DNA of 16,047 nucleotides from Tolypothrix sp. NIES-4075 (GCF_002218085.1 NZ_BDUC01000003.1:956206-972252), one strand, 5' to 3'; shown: positions 1-9,513, counted from the stretch's first letter. The notes: a model not told the origin generated them from the sequence alone. Made by a program: numbers and translations.

Positions 1-1784
1 TTACCGAGCGCAAACAAGCAGAAATTGACTTGCAAAATCTTGCCGAAAAGTTTTCTAAGGCTTTTCGTTGCAGTCCAAATGCAATTACCATCAGCACGGT
101 GGAAGATGGACGCTTCATAGAAGTTAACGACAGTTTTGTGAAACTCTCAGGTTATGAACCAGAAGAAGCGATTGGACGTACTGCTTTTGAGTTGAATATT
201 TGGGTCAACCAGAGCGATCGCCAAAAATTATTGCAGGAGTTGCATTCCCAAGGAGCAGTTCGCAATCTGGAATTTGAATTTAGAAAAAAGTCTGGCGAAG
301 TTGCTTTTGCAATGGTTTGCGCCGAAATAATTGATTTGAATGGTGAGCGTTACATTCTGTCTGTCAATCATGATATCACACAACGCAAGCGAACAGAAGC
401 GCAATTACAATTGACATCACAGCGCGATCGCTTGTTAACAGAAACTTTAGCCCGAATTCGCACTTCGCTCAACTTAGACCAAATTCTCCAAACTACTGTA
501 AACGAAGTCCGACAATTTTTGCAAGCAGACCGAGTTTTTATTGGTCTAAATGATGGTAATAAAGAAGGCAGAATTCTCGCAGAATCAGTAGATCCAAAGT
601 ATTCATCAGTTATAGACTGCAAAATTAAAGATCCAGTTGTCATCCAAGAAATGAAAAGACTACTGACAACTAATAAAGTGCGTGTGGTGGAAGATATCGA
701 GCAAATCGATGTATCTCCCACTCTTAAAGCACATTATCAACAATTTCAAACGCGGGCAACTTTAGCAGTCCCAATTATGTTAAATGGTGAATTCTTTGGA
801 GCGTTGATTGCTAATCAATGTTCTCATCCTCGCCATTGGCATCAAATGGAAATTGATTTACTAAAACAAATGTCAGAACAATTAGCGATCGCCATTCAAC
901 AAGCTCAACTATACCAAGAATTGGCAGCACTCAATACCAATTTAGAACAACAAGTAGAAGAACGTACCGCTCAGTTACAGCAGAAAATGCAAGAACTGCA
1001 AGAAATCAATCGAGTTAAAGATGTTCTGTTACACACAGTTTCTCACGATATGCGAACTTCAGTCATGGGTAATTTGATGGTGCTAGAGAATTTGCTTAAA
1101 AGTGGGGGAGTCGGGAGTGGGGAGTGGGGACAAGGGGGACAAGGGGGACAATTCCCAATTCCCAATTCCCAATTCCCAATTCCCAATTCCCAAATCCCCG
1201 TATCTCGCTCAATTATCGAACGAATGATACAAGGTAATCAGCGCCTGTTAGGAATGATTAACTCCTTACTAGAGCTTCATTCCAGTGAAGAACAAGGAAT
1301 TGTGCTGCATCGCGAACTTGTGCAATTTGGTACACTGTTGCCGACTGTGATTAGAGATTTGCAGCCAATGCTGTCAGAAAACAAAGTGACTTTGAAGAAC
1401 TTGGTTCCCAAAGATTTACCGTTAATTATGGCAGATTCGACTAAGTTGCAACGAGTTTTGCAAAATTTGTTGACTTATAGTTGGCTGCACAACCCACCGG
1501 GATTAAACTTGACTTTGAAAGCGACAGTTGAGGATCGGATGATTCGCGTTCAAATTCAAGATAACGGTGTGGGGATGAACAAGTTAGAATGTGCGAGGCT
1601 ATTTGATTTGTTTGTCCGCGATCCTCAAGCTCGTTCTTCAACTTGCACAGGCTTAAAATTATATATTTCTCGACAAATAATTAAAGCACATCAAGGTGAA
1701 ATTGGCGTTAAAAGTAACCCCAAACGCGGTTTAACTTTCTGGTTTACCTTACCTTTGGCAAATTTGCCGACAACGAGCCGCTGA
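1..1784 (+). CDS. Multi-sensor PAS/GAF histidine kinase, 5'-truncated by window edge
   Basis: Frame 3 is open from nt 3 ([10 protein letters not shown]..., a typical PAS-end linker), so the listed TTG at 30 is probably internal. Domains in order: a PAS domain ([15 protein letters not shown]...[10 protein letters not shown]), a GAF domain ([16 protein letters not shown]...[20 protein letters not shown]), a coiled coil, H-box [10 protein letters not shown]1 box DNGVGM, and C-terminal GEIGVKS...GLTFWFTLP. Stop TGA at 1782-1784. Confidence 0.9.
   Translation, partial: TERKQAEIDLQNLAEKFSKAFRCSPNAITISTVEDGRFIEVNDSFVKLSGYEPEEAIGRTAFELNIWVNQSDRQKLLQELHSQGAVRNLEFEFRKKSGEVAFAMVCAEIIDLNGERYILSVNHDITQRKRTEAQLQLTSQRDRLLTETLARIRTSLNLDQILQTTVNEVRQFLQADRVFIGLNDGNKEGRILAESVDPKYSSVIDCKIKDPVVIQEMKRLLTTNKVRVVEDIEQIDVSPTLKAHYQQFQTRATLAVPIMLNGEFFGALIANQCSHPRHWHQMEIDLLKQMSEQLAIAIQQAQLYQELAALNTNLEQQVEERTAQLQQKMQELQEINRVKDVLLHTVSHDMRTSVMGNLMVLENLLKSGGVGSGEWGQGGQGGQFPIPNSQFPIPNSQIPVSRSIIERMIQGNQRLLGMINSLLELHSSEEQGIVLHRELVQFGTLLPTVIRDLQPMLSENKVTLKNLVPKDLPLIMADSTKLQRVLQNLLTYSWLHNPPGLNLTLKATVEDRMIRVQIQDNGVGMNKLECARLFDLFVRDPQARSSTCTGLKLYISRQIIKAHQGEIGVKSNPKRGLTFWFTLPLANLPTTSR
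1101..1199. repeat. STRR-like tandem short repeats inside the kinase coding region
   Basis: Read directly: AGTGGGG-type heptamer x4 (1101-1129), ACAAGGGGG x2 (1130-1147), AATTCCC x6 perfect (1150-1191) plus a degenerate copy. Translated in frame as [32 protein letters not shown]. Confidence 0.9.
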
Positions 1785-1814
1785 TAATGTCACTATAGGA
1801 ATAATTGACAGTGC

Positions 1815-1856
1815 AAAATTCAAAAAATTAATTTTTATTTTTTATTTTTGAATTTT
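1815..1856. repeat. Perfect 12-bp AT-rich inverted repeat downstream of kinase 1 (possible weak terminator)
   Basis: AAAATTCAAAAA (1815-1826) and TTTTTGAATTTT (1845-1856) are exact reverse complements separated by 18 nt. The stem is all A/T, so terminator function is uncertain. Confidence 0.35.
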
Positions 1857-1930
1857 TAATTCCCCGTTTGCGTAGCGTCTCACAATGAGAAGGGGTTGAC
1901 CGAGGTTATGGAAATTGGTCACAGGAAGAA

Positions 1931-3691
1931 ATGAATACCGTCATCAAAAAACTGCAAAAGTGTTGCAAAACAGCCATATGGGGAAAAATATCAACAACAG
2001 ATGCAATTTTCGGCGAGTATAAAGCTTGGCGCGATCGCTTTTTGTGGCAAAGGTTACATTTAGGAATCTGGATCGCTATTCTCTGCGTATTTACATTTAT
2101 CTTACGCGACATCTTGCAACAGGTGTTTCACCTGCAAGAAATCCCAAAGATACCGCATGAGATTAAAAATCTCGCTTTAACTATCAATAGCTGCATATTT
2201 CTCTGTTTATTAGTGTGTTTGTTTTTACATAAAACTAACATTGCGCGTCGTTATCCGGGGCGCCTTTTTTTATGTTTATCTTTTTCTGTCACTTTAGTTG
2301 AGCAATTTGTCGCTACCTTCAAAGGTTTCGCTCTCCCCGATCAATTAGCTTGGATTATTGCCTTTTTGACTCAAGCGATGCTGATTCCAATTCGCTGGTA
2401 TCTGCATCTGGGATCGCAGTTGGGAGTGGTACTTTATTATTTTGTCGTAAATAGCGTCTTAGGGCTGAAACTACCCCCACCATTCAGTAAAGAGCCGATA
2501 TTCGGTGTAACGCTGATTATGTTGATATTTTGGGTATGTTTCATCTGCGATTTAGGAGTATTTTTATACGAAAAGCTGCAACGCTCTGAATTTTACGCTC
2601 GTAAAGAACTTGAGATTGCTAACGAGAAATTAACGGTTACAGAAGCTAAATATCGAAATATCTTTGAAAACGCGGTTGAGGGAATTTTTCAAAGCACTGC
2701 TAATGGTCGTTACATTACCGCAAATCCCGCATTAGCACGTATTTATGGTTACGCATCCCCAGAAGAAGTGACGACATTAATTGACATTGAACATCAATTA
2801 TATGTTGACCCAAATCGCCGTGCTGAGTTTGTCCGCTTAATTGAACAGTATGGTAGCGTATCCGAGTTTGAATCGCAAATTTATCGTCGCGATGGTAGCA
2901 TTGTTTGGATATCAGAAAATGCATATGCAGTTCGCAATTCCAGGGGACAACTGCTTTATTACGAAGGAATGATTGAAGATATCACCAAGCGCAAGCAAGC
3001 GGAAGAAGCGCTAAGAGTATTTTTTCATGCAGTTTCCCACGACTTACGCAACCCGGTGCTGGGTACTTTAATGGTGCTGAGAAATTTGCTATCGCGTTCA
3101 GAGGACAAAATAGCTGTTTCCCGCTTCATTTTAGAGCGCATGGAACAAAGTAGCGATCGCCAACTTAGTTTAATTAATTCGTTAATGGAAGCTCATATGA
3201 GCGAAGTTCAAGGCGTAGCTTTACAACTTCAGCCAGTAGAATTATTAAAAGTCGTAGAAGCAGCGATCGCAGACTTAAAGCCGATGCTAACAGAAAATCA
3301 GGCGTTGCTGATAAATCAAGTCACCGCAGATTTACCGATAATAAATGCCGATCCTACCCAATTATGGCGAGTTTTCTCTAACTTGATTGTTAATGCAGTC
3401 AAACATAATCCCCCAGGATTAACAATTACCATTAATGCCAGCGTCCATGATGATAAGATTTGTTGCAGTGTCGTTGATAACGGCGTGGGAATGAGTCAAA
3501 AACAAAGCGATCGCTTATTTGACCTTTACTTTCGAGGTAGCCACGCCCGGAATTCTATTAGTTTAGGATTAGGCTTATATCTATGTAAGCAAATCATCAC
3601 CGCACATGGCGGCGAAATTGGCGTTAAAAGTGCAATCAATGCCGGGGCGACTTTTTGGTTTACACTACCTATATTTAAAGCTAACAAATAG
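1931..3691 (+). CDS. Membrane-anchored PAS sensor histidine kinase
   Basis: 586-aa ORF. The N-terminal ~210 aa contain several hydrophobic helices. These are followed by a PAS domain (YRNIFENAVEGIFQS...YEGMIEDITKRKQAEE), H-box HAVSHDLRNP, N-box NLIVNAVKHNPPG, G1 DNGVGM, G2 GLGLYL, and GEIGVKS...GATFWFTLP. It is a paralog of the upstream kinase in the DHp/CA region. Confidence 0.9.
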   Translation: MNTVIKKLQKCCKTAIWGKISTTDAIFGEYKAWRDRFLWQRLHLGIWIAILCVFTFILRDILQQVFHLQEIPKIPHEIKNLALTINSCIFLCLLVCLFLHKTNIARRYPGRLFLCLSFSVTLVEQFVATFKGFALPDQLAWIIAFLTQAMLIPIRWYLHLGSQLGVVLYYFVVNSVLGLKLPPPFSKEPIFGVTLIMLIFWVCFICDLGVFLYEKLQRSEFYARKELEIANEKLTVTEAKYRNIFENAVEGIFQSTANGRYITANPALARIYGYASPEEVTTLIDIEHQLYVDPNRRAEFVRLIEQYGSVSEFESQIYRRDGSIVWISENAYAVRNSRGQLLYYEGMIEDITKRKQAEEALRVFFHAVSHDLRNPVLGTLMVLRNLLSRSEDKIAVSRFILERMEQSSDRQLSLINSLMEAHMSEVQGVALQLQPVELLKVVEAAIADLKPMLTENQALLINQVTADLPIINADPTQLWRVFSNLIVNAVKHNPPGLTITINASVHDDKICCSVVDNGVGMSQKQSDRLFDLYFRGSHARNSISLGLGLYLCKQIITAHGGEIGVKSAINAGATFWFTLPIFKANK

Positions 3692-4105
3692 CTAAAAATT
3701 GGGCATTGTGCTAGCAATACCTAAAACGGCATATCGCATTTGGGTAAGTATCTATTAAAATGTTTAATTAGGACTTAATTCCATATTAAATTAAATATAA
3801 AATTCTATGATTAACCTCAAAAATATCCACCCATTTTCGGAGTAAAATTTGATTCCACTACGAATAACTTAGTACAGCTTTGCATTAATTTGTAGCCTTA
3901 TTAAGTCTCCCAAAGCTGTACCAATAGGTAGCTTATTTCCTCACGGATTTACGAAATGCTCTACTACTTTTGTTTGGATTTTGGCTGACTGTTCATAGCC
4001 TCTTCATCATCTAATTCAAGTTAATTGCTTAATTTTCAGCTCGTAGCCATATAAATATCAGCAAATCGAAAGCGATCGCAATAGCAATAACTCTGAAAGT
4101 TAATT

Positions 4106-5476
4106 TTACAAATTTTGACCTGTGTAAATCGATCGCACTTCGCCGTTGCGACGCACAACAGCTTCACCCTTACTCACTTCCACTAAAGTCCAACCGCTAG
4201 AGCCAATGCTTTCACCCACATCGATGCGACGTGTCACCCCATCGATTTTAAACAAAGCCGCAGATTTATCACCTAACTCTAGCAATCCTTCCAAAGTATG
4301 GGTAGGAGCCGCAACAGTTTCCACATATGCCTGTTTTTCTACAATTTTTGGCTCTTTTGGCGTTGGCTCTTTCGGTGCTGTGGCTGCGGGTAGTTTTGGT
4401 GGTGCAGCTTGAAAAGCAGTAACTTTTAACACAGGTAAAGGATTAGACGGTTGTCGCAAAGTAATCGGTGCAGTTCGCACAGCCACAGGCTTGAGTTCTG
4501 TTCGCACCGAAGCCGCCACCATATTTACAGGCACGGGTTTAGCTGGTTTGGGGACAGATTTTAAAGCCTTTTTTACTGGTGTCGGTTTAGATGCGTGAGA
4601 AGGCATCGCCGATAAAAATTTCGGAACCCCAGCAATTGGCGGTGGCGCATAGCGCATTGGTTGCGGTGCTTGATAAACGGGGATGTAGATCCGCTCGACG
4701 ATGGTTGTGCGGGGTGCGGCGGGGGTTGTATTATTAGCGGTGAGAACTGGTGGTAAATTACCGCCGGCTGCTGGTTTTATTGTTGGGGTAACATAAGCAA
4801 AAGCTGTTTGGGTAGGAATTACCGTAGTGGCGATCGCACTTTTGGGAGATTTTTGAGAGCTTTTTGCTTCTTGTCTGTCGATGATTGCCAGCGCTCCCAA
4901 CATATATTGAACTAAATCTGCCTCCACTTCAACTTTGGCAGGCAATTGAGACTGTAATTGCGGCTTTTGAATCGATTGCTCGATCAATTTAGAATTTATC
5001 CGGTAAATTAGTCCAGAGTTGAGCAAAAAGATAATACCAGCGATCGTCACGCCTAAGGTAGCTCCAAAAGACAGCAATTTGCCCCAAGCAATCCGCGCTT
5101 TGCGATGCTTTTTACTGACTGATTTAGTTGCACCCGGTGCGCCTACCACAACTTTACTCAATTGCTTTCTATTTTGAGAAGCTGTTTGTATCGGTGGTGA
5201 TGTTTCGGGTAAAACGATTTGCGATGTTCTCGGCGTGGGGATGACAAATTCTGGATACAGCGCTCTTTGCAAGTCCTCTATACTACTTCGCGATGCGCGA
5301 CTGCTGTAATGTATTGTTTGGGAAGGCATCCCATTACTATGCAAAATATTGTCAATATCGGCAAACAGTTCATCCATAAAGCCATCAGCATATGACTCTA
5401 TCGACCAGGGTTCGCTGCCGATCAGTTCTTCTGAGGGTTCCGGAATTATAAGATGGGTGCTGGCTTGTTGTGACAT
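4106..5476 (-). CDS. Hypothetical proline/alanine-rich single-pass membrane protein
   Basis: 456-aa ORF with an acidic N-terminal region and one hydrophobic helix (LLSFGATLGVTIAGIIFLLNSGL). A long P/A/T/V-rich low-complexity segment follows, then a compact C-terminal ~60-aa domain (LFKIDGVTRRIDVGESIGSSGWTLVEVSKGEAVVRRNGEVRSI). No family recognised with confidence. Confidence 0.7.
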   Translation of the reverse strand: MSQQASTHLIIPEPSEELIGSEPWSIESYADGFMDELFADIDNILHSNGMPSQTIHYSSRASRSSIEDLQRALYPEFVIPTPRTSQIVLPETSPPIQTASQNRKQLSKVVVGAPGATKSVSKKHRKARIAWGKLLSFGATLGVTIAGIIFLLNSGLIYRINSKLIEQSIQKPQLQSQLPAKVEVEADLVQYMLGALAIIDRQEAKSSQKSPKSAIATTVIPTQTAFAYVTPTIKPAAGGNLPPVLTANNTTPAAPRTTIVERIYIPVYQAPQPMRYAPPPIAGVPKFLSAMPSHASKPTPVKKALKSVPKPAKPVPVNMVAASVRTELKPVAVRTAPITLRQPSNPLPVLKVTAFQAAPPKLPAATAPKEPTPKEPKIVEKQAYVETVAAPTHTLEGLLELGDKSAALFKIDGVTRRIDVGESIGSSGWTLVEVSKGEAVVRRNGEVRSIYTGQNL

Positions 5477-5719
5477 AGCGATTTTAAGTTGTGGCTTTTG
5501 GGACGATAGAGTTCGCCTATACTGCCTGAAAGTATGGATTTTGCCTATTTCTATCCAATAAGAGCGTTCAAACTAGACAAGTTGATTGTCTAAGTAGTAT
5601 GAAATGTCAACTTTAAACCGGAAACTGCTGATAATGCCAGTTTTGAACTAATGTCATCTATCATACCAGCCTCTTCCGGTTTCACCCTACTACTATACTC
5701 ATCCTTTATGAAGTTTATT

Positions 5720-7642
5720 TTAAGCTAAGGCAGAAAACTCCTTCGGTGTCTTGTTCCTACGTAATTCTAAATATAGTAATAGGGCATTGACATCAGCAGG
5801 ATTAACACCTCCTATACGTGCTGCTTGTCCGATTGTCAGTGGTTTTACGGTGTTTAATTTTTCTCGCGCTTCTTTAGATAGGGTATCAATCGTTGCGTAG
5901 TCTAAATCTCCCGGCAATTGACGGTGTGCTTGGCGGGCTATTTGGTCAATTTGATTTTGTTGGCGTTGTAAATACCCGGAATACTTAATGTCAATTTCCG
6001 CACCTTCTTTTTCCGCAGTTTTTAAGTTGGGGTTGCCGATTTGATATCTATCGAGGTCAGTGTAATGGAATCCCGGACGCCGTAGCAAGTCAGCTAAGGT
6101 GATTGAACCTTTGATTGCTTGTTGAGTACCGGAGGCGATCGCCTGTCCGATTTCTGAGTTTTCTTTCACCCGCGTTGCGTACAGCCGTTCTTTTTCGGCA
6201 GTAATATTCTCTTGCTTGCGGGTAAATAATTCCCAGCGGCGATCGTCAATCAAACCAATTTCTCGTCCCAAAGGTGTTAAACGTTGGTCGGCGTTGTCAG
6301 ATCGCAGTATTAACCGATACTCAGATCTACTCGTAAGCATACGGTATGGCTCGCGTAAATCCTTGGTACACAAGTCATCTAACAGAGTACCGATGTAACT
6401 TTCCTCACGAGAAAAAACAATCATTTCGCGATCGCGCACAAACCGCGCTGCATTAATTCCCGCCACAATTCCTTGTGTCGCGGCTTCTTCATAGCCAGTT
6501 GTACCATTAATCTGTCCCGCACAAAACAACCCAGCAACTTTTTTAGTCATCAATGTGGGATAACACTGAGTCGCGGGTAAGTAATCGTACTCAACCGCAT
6601 AAGCTGGGCGGAGCATGGTACAATTTTCCAAACCAGGAAGACTCCGCAACATCAAAAGTTGTAAGTTTTCTGGCAAGCCTGTAGAAAACCCTTGAATGTA
6701 AAGTTCGGGAATATCTCGCCCTTCTGGTTCAATAAAGATTTGGTGGCTTTCCTTATCAGCAAAGCGGACAATTTTATCTTCAATACTCGGACAATATCGC
6801 GGTCCTTTAGCTTCCACCCAACCACCATAAACCGGCGACAAATGCAAATTTTCTCGAATTAGGCGATGAGTTTCCGGCGTCGTCCGGGTAATATGGCAGG
6901 GCATTTGTTCTCTTTCTACCCACACATCTGGGTCAAAGCTAAACCAGCGGACTTCTTCATCCCCAGGTTGCGGTGACATTTTACTGTAATCTACAGACCG
7001 CTTGTCAACTCGTGCCGGCGTTCCGGTCTTTAATCGTCCGGTTTCAAATCCCAAGCGATTGAGAGTTTGTGTCAATCCTTCAGCGGCAAATTCTCCAGCG
7101 CGTCCCGCTGCCATCGACTTGTTACCAACCCAAATTCGTCCGCCTAAAAACGTTCCTGTGGTCAAAATCACCGCTTTACAGGCAAAACCGACACCAAAGT
7201 AAGTTTCTACGCCGATAACTTCATCGTTTGCGCCTAAAACTAAATCCGTCGCCATTGCTTCGCGGATTGTTAAGTTTTCTTGATTTTCAACAACATTTTT
7301 CATTAACGCCGCGTATTCCCGCTTGTCAGTTTGAGCGCGTAAAGCCCAAACCGCAGGTCCGCGTGAAGAATTGAGAATCCGCTTTTGTAAGTAGGTGCGG
7401 TCTGCGATTTTACCGATTTCCCCGCCGAGTGCATCCACCTCATGGGTCAACTGAGATTTTGCCGGACCACCCACCGCTGGGTTGCAGGGTTGCCAAGCGA
7501 TTTTATCCAGGTTAAGTGTCAGCAGCAGGGTACGACAACCCAAGCGGGCGCTAGCGAGGGCTGCTTCGCAACCAGAGTGACCTGCACCGACGACAATGAC
7601 ATCGAAAGCGTCTTGGAATTCAATGGAATTGTGCATGGTCAT
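5720..7642 (-). CDS. mnmG: tRNA uridine 5-carboxymethylaminomethyl modification enzyme MnmG (GidA)
   Basis: 640 aa. N-terminal FAD-binding fold [15 protein letters not shown]. Family-typical blocks [27 protein letters not shown] and LTSRSEYRL. Full-length colinearity with MnmG/GidA. Confidence 0.97.
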   Translation of the reverse strand: MTMHNSIEFQDAFDVIVVGAGHSGCEAALASARLGCRTLLLTLNLDKIAWQPCNPAVGGPAKSQLTHEVDALGGEIGKIADRTYLQKRILNSSRGPAVWALRAQTDKREYAALMKNVVENQENLTIREAMATDLVLGANDEVIGVETYFGVGFACKAVILTTGTFLGGRIWVGNKSMAAGRAGEFAAEGLTQTLNRLGFETGRLKTGTPARVDKRSVDYSKMSPQPGDEEVRWFSFDPDVWVEREQMPCHITRTTPETHRLIRENLHLSPVYGGWVEAKGPRYCPSIEDKIVRFADKESHQIFIEPEGRDIPELYIQGFSTGLPENLQLLMLRSLPGLENCTMLRPAYAVEYDYLPATQCYPTLMTKKVAGLFCAGQINGTTGYEEAATQGIVAGINAARFVRDREMIVFSREESYIGTLLDDLCTKDLREPYRMLTSRSEYRLILRSDNADQRLTPLGREIGLIDDRRWELFTRKQENITAEKERLYATRVKENSEIGQAIASGTQQAIKGSITLADLLRRPGFHYTDLDRYQIGNPNLKTAEKEGAEIDIKYSGYLQRQQNQIDQIARQAHRQLPGDLDYATIDTLSKEAREKLNTVKPLTIGQAARIGGVNPADVNALLLYLELRRNKTPKEFSALA

Positions 7643-7781
7643 ACTTAAGTATCAGCAAGCTTAGAGTTACTCTTAATAATAACCGATTCAGTGGTTTAAT
7701 GGTCGTAGGTTGCTGACAAGAAGGAATAGTATGAACTATGAATAAAGAATAAAAGTATTTGAATTAACATTAGGTGAAAAG

Positions 7782-8663
7782 ATGATAAAACGATTTTGGC
7801 GAAAAAGTTCTTTTATTAGTATTTTTATTTTTATAGTTTTTGCTTTAGTTGCTAGTAATGGAATTACTCATCGGACATTAAGTACAGATATCCGACAATT
7901 GCAAGATTGTTTAAATGCTCGTTCTTCAGGTCGTTATAGAGATTTAAATAAAGTTTGCCCAAATACATCACAACCAATAGTTTCACCAACTCCACTTTTG
8001 CCGCAAATACCCGATGCAAATTTGCCGGAACCACAGCGTTTTTTGAGTGCGATCGCACATCAATTACCAACAATTCCCCAACCCGGTACTTTTGAATATA
8101 TTTTGTTGAGAGCATACGGTGCTGCATTTGTAAATCAACAACCAGAAATTAAACTACCGCAAAAAGTTATTTTGGCTAACGAGCAAGAAACGAAAGCTTT
8201 CCAAACTACTTTAACAATGGGGAAAGTAAATGGTACTAATGACTGTTATTTACAAAAATCAGCAGCAGATGCTTTCAATAAAGCCAAATCAGCAGCAAGA
8301 ATTTCGCTCAAATCTGGTTATGGGGGTAGTGATTGTACTCGCACTTTTGCGACAAATTTAAGATTCTGGAGAAAATACGCTAATAACAATACTTTGGAAC
8401 GAGTAAGACTTGGTAAAGAAACAGCAATTTTAGGTGTAGTTGCACCACCTGGAGCATCACAACATCTCTGGGGATTAGCGATTGATTTACAGGTTTCTAG
8501 TCAAGTGCAAAGACAAGCTTTAAATAAAAATGGTTGGTTTCAAACTGTAGAAAATGATGTCCCACATTGGACTTATGTGGGTTTAACGGAAGAAAATTTA
8601 CCGTTATTTGGGTTGAAAAACAAAATCGTCAGGGGAACTACTTATTGGTTGATACCTCTATGA
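7782..8663 (+). CDS. M15/VanY-like (LAS family) D-alanyl-D-alanine carboxypeptidase-type metallopeptidase
   Basis: 293 aa with an N-terminal signal-anchor (SSFISIFIFIVFALVASNG). Zinc-ligand pattern SxHxxGxAxD (SQHLWGLAIDL) plus a downstream His (VPHWTY). Confidence 0.75.
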   Translation: MIKRFWRKSSFISIFIFIVFALVASNGITHRTLSTDIRQLQDCLNARSSGRYRDLNKVCPNTSQPIVSPTPLLPQIPDANLPEPQRFLSAIAHQLPTIPQPGTFEYILLRAYGAAFVNQQPEIKLPQKVILANEQETKAFQTTLTMGKVNGTNDCYLQKSAADAFNKAKSAARISLKSGYGGSDCTRTFATNLRFWRKYANNNTLERVRLGKETAILGVVAPPGASQHLWGLAIDLQVSSQVQRQALNKNGWFQTVENDVPHWTYVGLTEENLPLFGLKNKIVRGTTYWLIPL

Positions 8664-8666
8664 AAA

Positions 8667-8719
8667 AGAGGGGGAAAGGGGAGACCCCGCTCCCCGCACT
8701 GCCTCTTCTTTTCCCCTCT
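8667..8719 (-). terminator. Compound GC-rich hairpin, likely intrinsic terminator for minus-strand transcripts
   Basis: The outer arms AGAGGGGGAAA (8667-8677) and TTTCCCCTCT (8710-8719) pair with one bulge. The inner stem is GGGGAG (8678-8683) with CTCCCC (8690-8695). On the minus strand the hairpin is followed by TTTTT (8663-8667 region). On the plus strand no T-run follows. Confidence 0.45.
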
Positions 8720-8744
8720 TACAAAAAATTAGGGTTGCCTGGTT

Positions 8745-8904
8745 AGGGTGTAGGGTGTAGGAAAAAAAAGATCCTTTAGGGGTGGGTTTAAAGCCCACCA
8801 AAAAAAAGATGTCCATCGAGACACGCAGTGCGATGAAATGCGGTGTCCTTGTTTCAATCCCACGTTTTTAAGCGTGGGTTCCCACACCCTACACCCCACA
8901 CCCT
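8745..8904. repeat. Inverted heptamer arrays (GGGTGTA-type) forming a ~17-bp stem around a 126-nt core with three hairpins; MITE-like element or structured RNA
   Basis: AGGGTGTAGGGTGTAGG (8745-8761) is the reverse complement of CCTACACCCCACACCCT (8888-8904) with 16 of 17 matches. Internal hairpins lie at 8781-8799 (GGTGGG/CCCACC), 8820-8847 (GACACGCA/TGCGGTGTC) and 8859-8878 (CCCACG/CGTGGG). The 11-mer AAAAAAAAGAT is directly repeated at 8762-8772 and 8800-8810. Confidence 0.6.
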
Positions 8905-8967
8905 TACACCCTTCTGAAGGTAATAACATTTGTGATTTTGAATATTCTAATTTTCCGTAATTTAAAG

Positions 8968-9513
8968 TTACTGCGATTGATATGGTGAATCTACAAAAGT
9001 GAGAAGTTGAAGTTGATTATTTTCCCATTTATAGTAATATTTACCAATTCCCTTTTGTCCATCACTACCCCCTGCTTGACCGATAATTATTAATAGCCTG
9101 CTATTAGCTTTGTAGTGCAACCCACCGTCAGGTCTTGGAGGAGTGTATCCAGCACCGCGTTGATCGTGATAGCCGTGCAGTTGTGGAGGCAAATATATTT
9201 TACCAGTCTTTAAATCGACTATCCCCGCACTGCCGACACCACCCATTGCCCGATCTAGATAAGCGATCGCATAGTGTCCGGCAAAATTTGTGCCTTTTTT
9301 AATACCTTCTCTTAATTGAGGTGCGTAATCTTGTTCTTCTTGGGTGTTGACAACAAGAGCAGCAGGCTTACCCTTATATACTGGATTTGCCGGATAATTC
9401 TGATATTGTTGTTGTGGCGCTGCCAAAACTGATAAAGTCGGAGCGACTACACCCAAACCGATGATGGTAGTCAAAGCGGCAATACTCAAGCTACGTTGTA
9501 ACATTTTCGGCAA
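8968..9513 (-). CDS. Secreted hypothetical protein
   Basis: 181-aa ORF with a clear signal peptide (MPKMLQRSLSIAALTTIIGLGVVAPTLSVLAAPQ). No recognised catalytic motifs. Confidence 0.7.
   Translation of the reverse strand: MPKMLQRSLSIAALTTIIGLGVVAPTLSVLAAPQQQYQNYPANPVYKGKPAALVVNTQEEQDYAPQLREGIKKGTNFAGHYAIAYLDRAMGGVGSAGIVDLKTGKIYLPPQLHGYHDQRGAGYTPPRPDGGLHYKANSRLLIIIGQAGGSDGQKGIGKYYYKWENNQLQLLTFVDSPYQSQ

Noticed and set aside
368-721. Antisense or alternative-frame ORFs listed in the track inside larger genes: 368..721(-), 1441..1641(-), 1906..2112(-), 2715..2924(-), 3526..3717(-), 4146..4412(+), 5349..5561(+), 6216..6398(+), 7002..7202(+), 7442..7648(+), 7864..8127(-), 9588..9812(-), 9761..9955(+), 9769..9972(-), 10701..10987(-), 11628..11858(+), 12611..12901(+), 12806..13096(-), 13274..13477(-), 13758..13943(-), 14550..14777(-).
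   Set aside because: Each lies within or opposite a longer ORF that has clear family motifs. Their translations are low-complexity or Cys/Ser/Arg-rich with no recognisable motifs, which is typical of shadow ORFs.
3692-4105. 414-nt AT-rich non-coding gap between convergent genes. It contains a perfect 10-bp inverted repeat (GTACAGCTTT 3872-3881 and AAAGCTGTAC 3912-3921); considered as a possible sRNA.
   Set aside because: I found no convincing promoter-plus-terminator pair and no conserved-looking structure. The inverted repeat has a 30-nt loop and no U-tract. There is not enough evidence to call a feature.
5600-5690. 9-bp inverted repeat AAACCGGAA / TTCCGGTTT downstream of mnmG, considered as a terminator.
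   Set aside because: The loop is long (~48 nt) and neither strand has an adjacent T-run. The evidence is too weak to annotate.
8848-8885. CRISPR-repeat-like string GTTTCAATCCCACGTTTTTAAGCGTGGGTTCCCAC.
   Set aside because: It occurs only once in the window, with no spacer-repeat periodicity and no cas genes. It cannot be called a CRISPR array and is treated as one hairpin of the structured element.
8729-8929. 66-aa ORF on the minus strand in the 8664-8967 spacer.
   Set aside because: It is composed of heptamer-repeat and hairpin DNA (translation GCKGVGCRVWEP..., W/C/G-rich). It is most likely a by-product of the repeats, not a gene.
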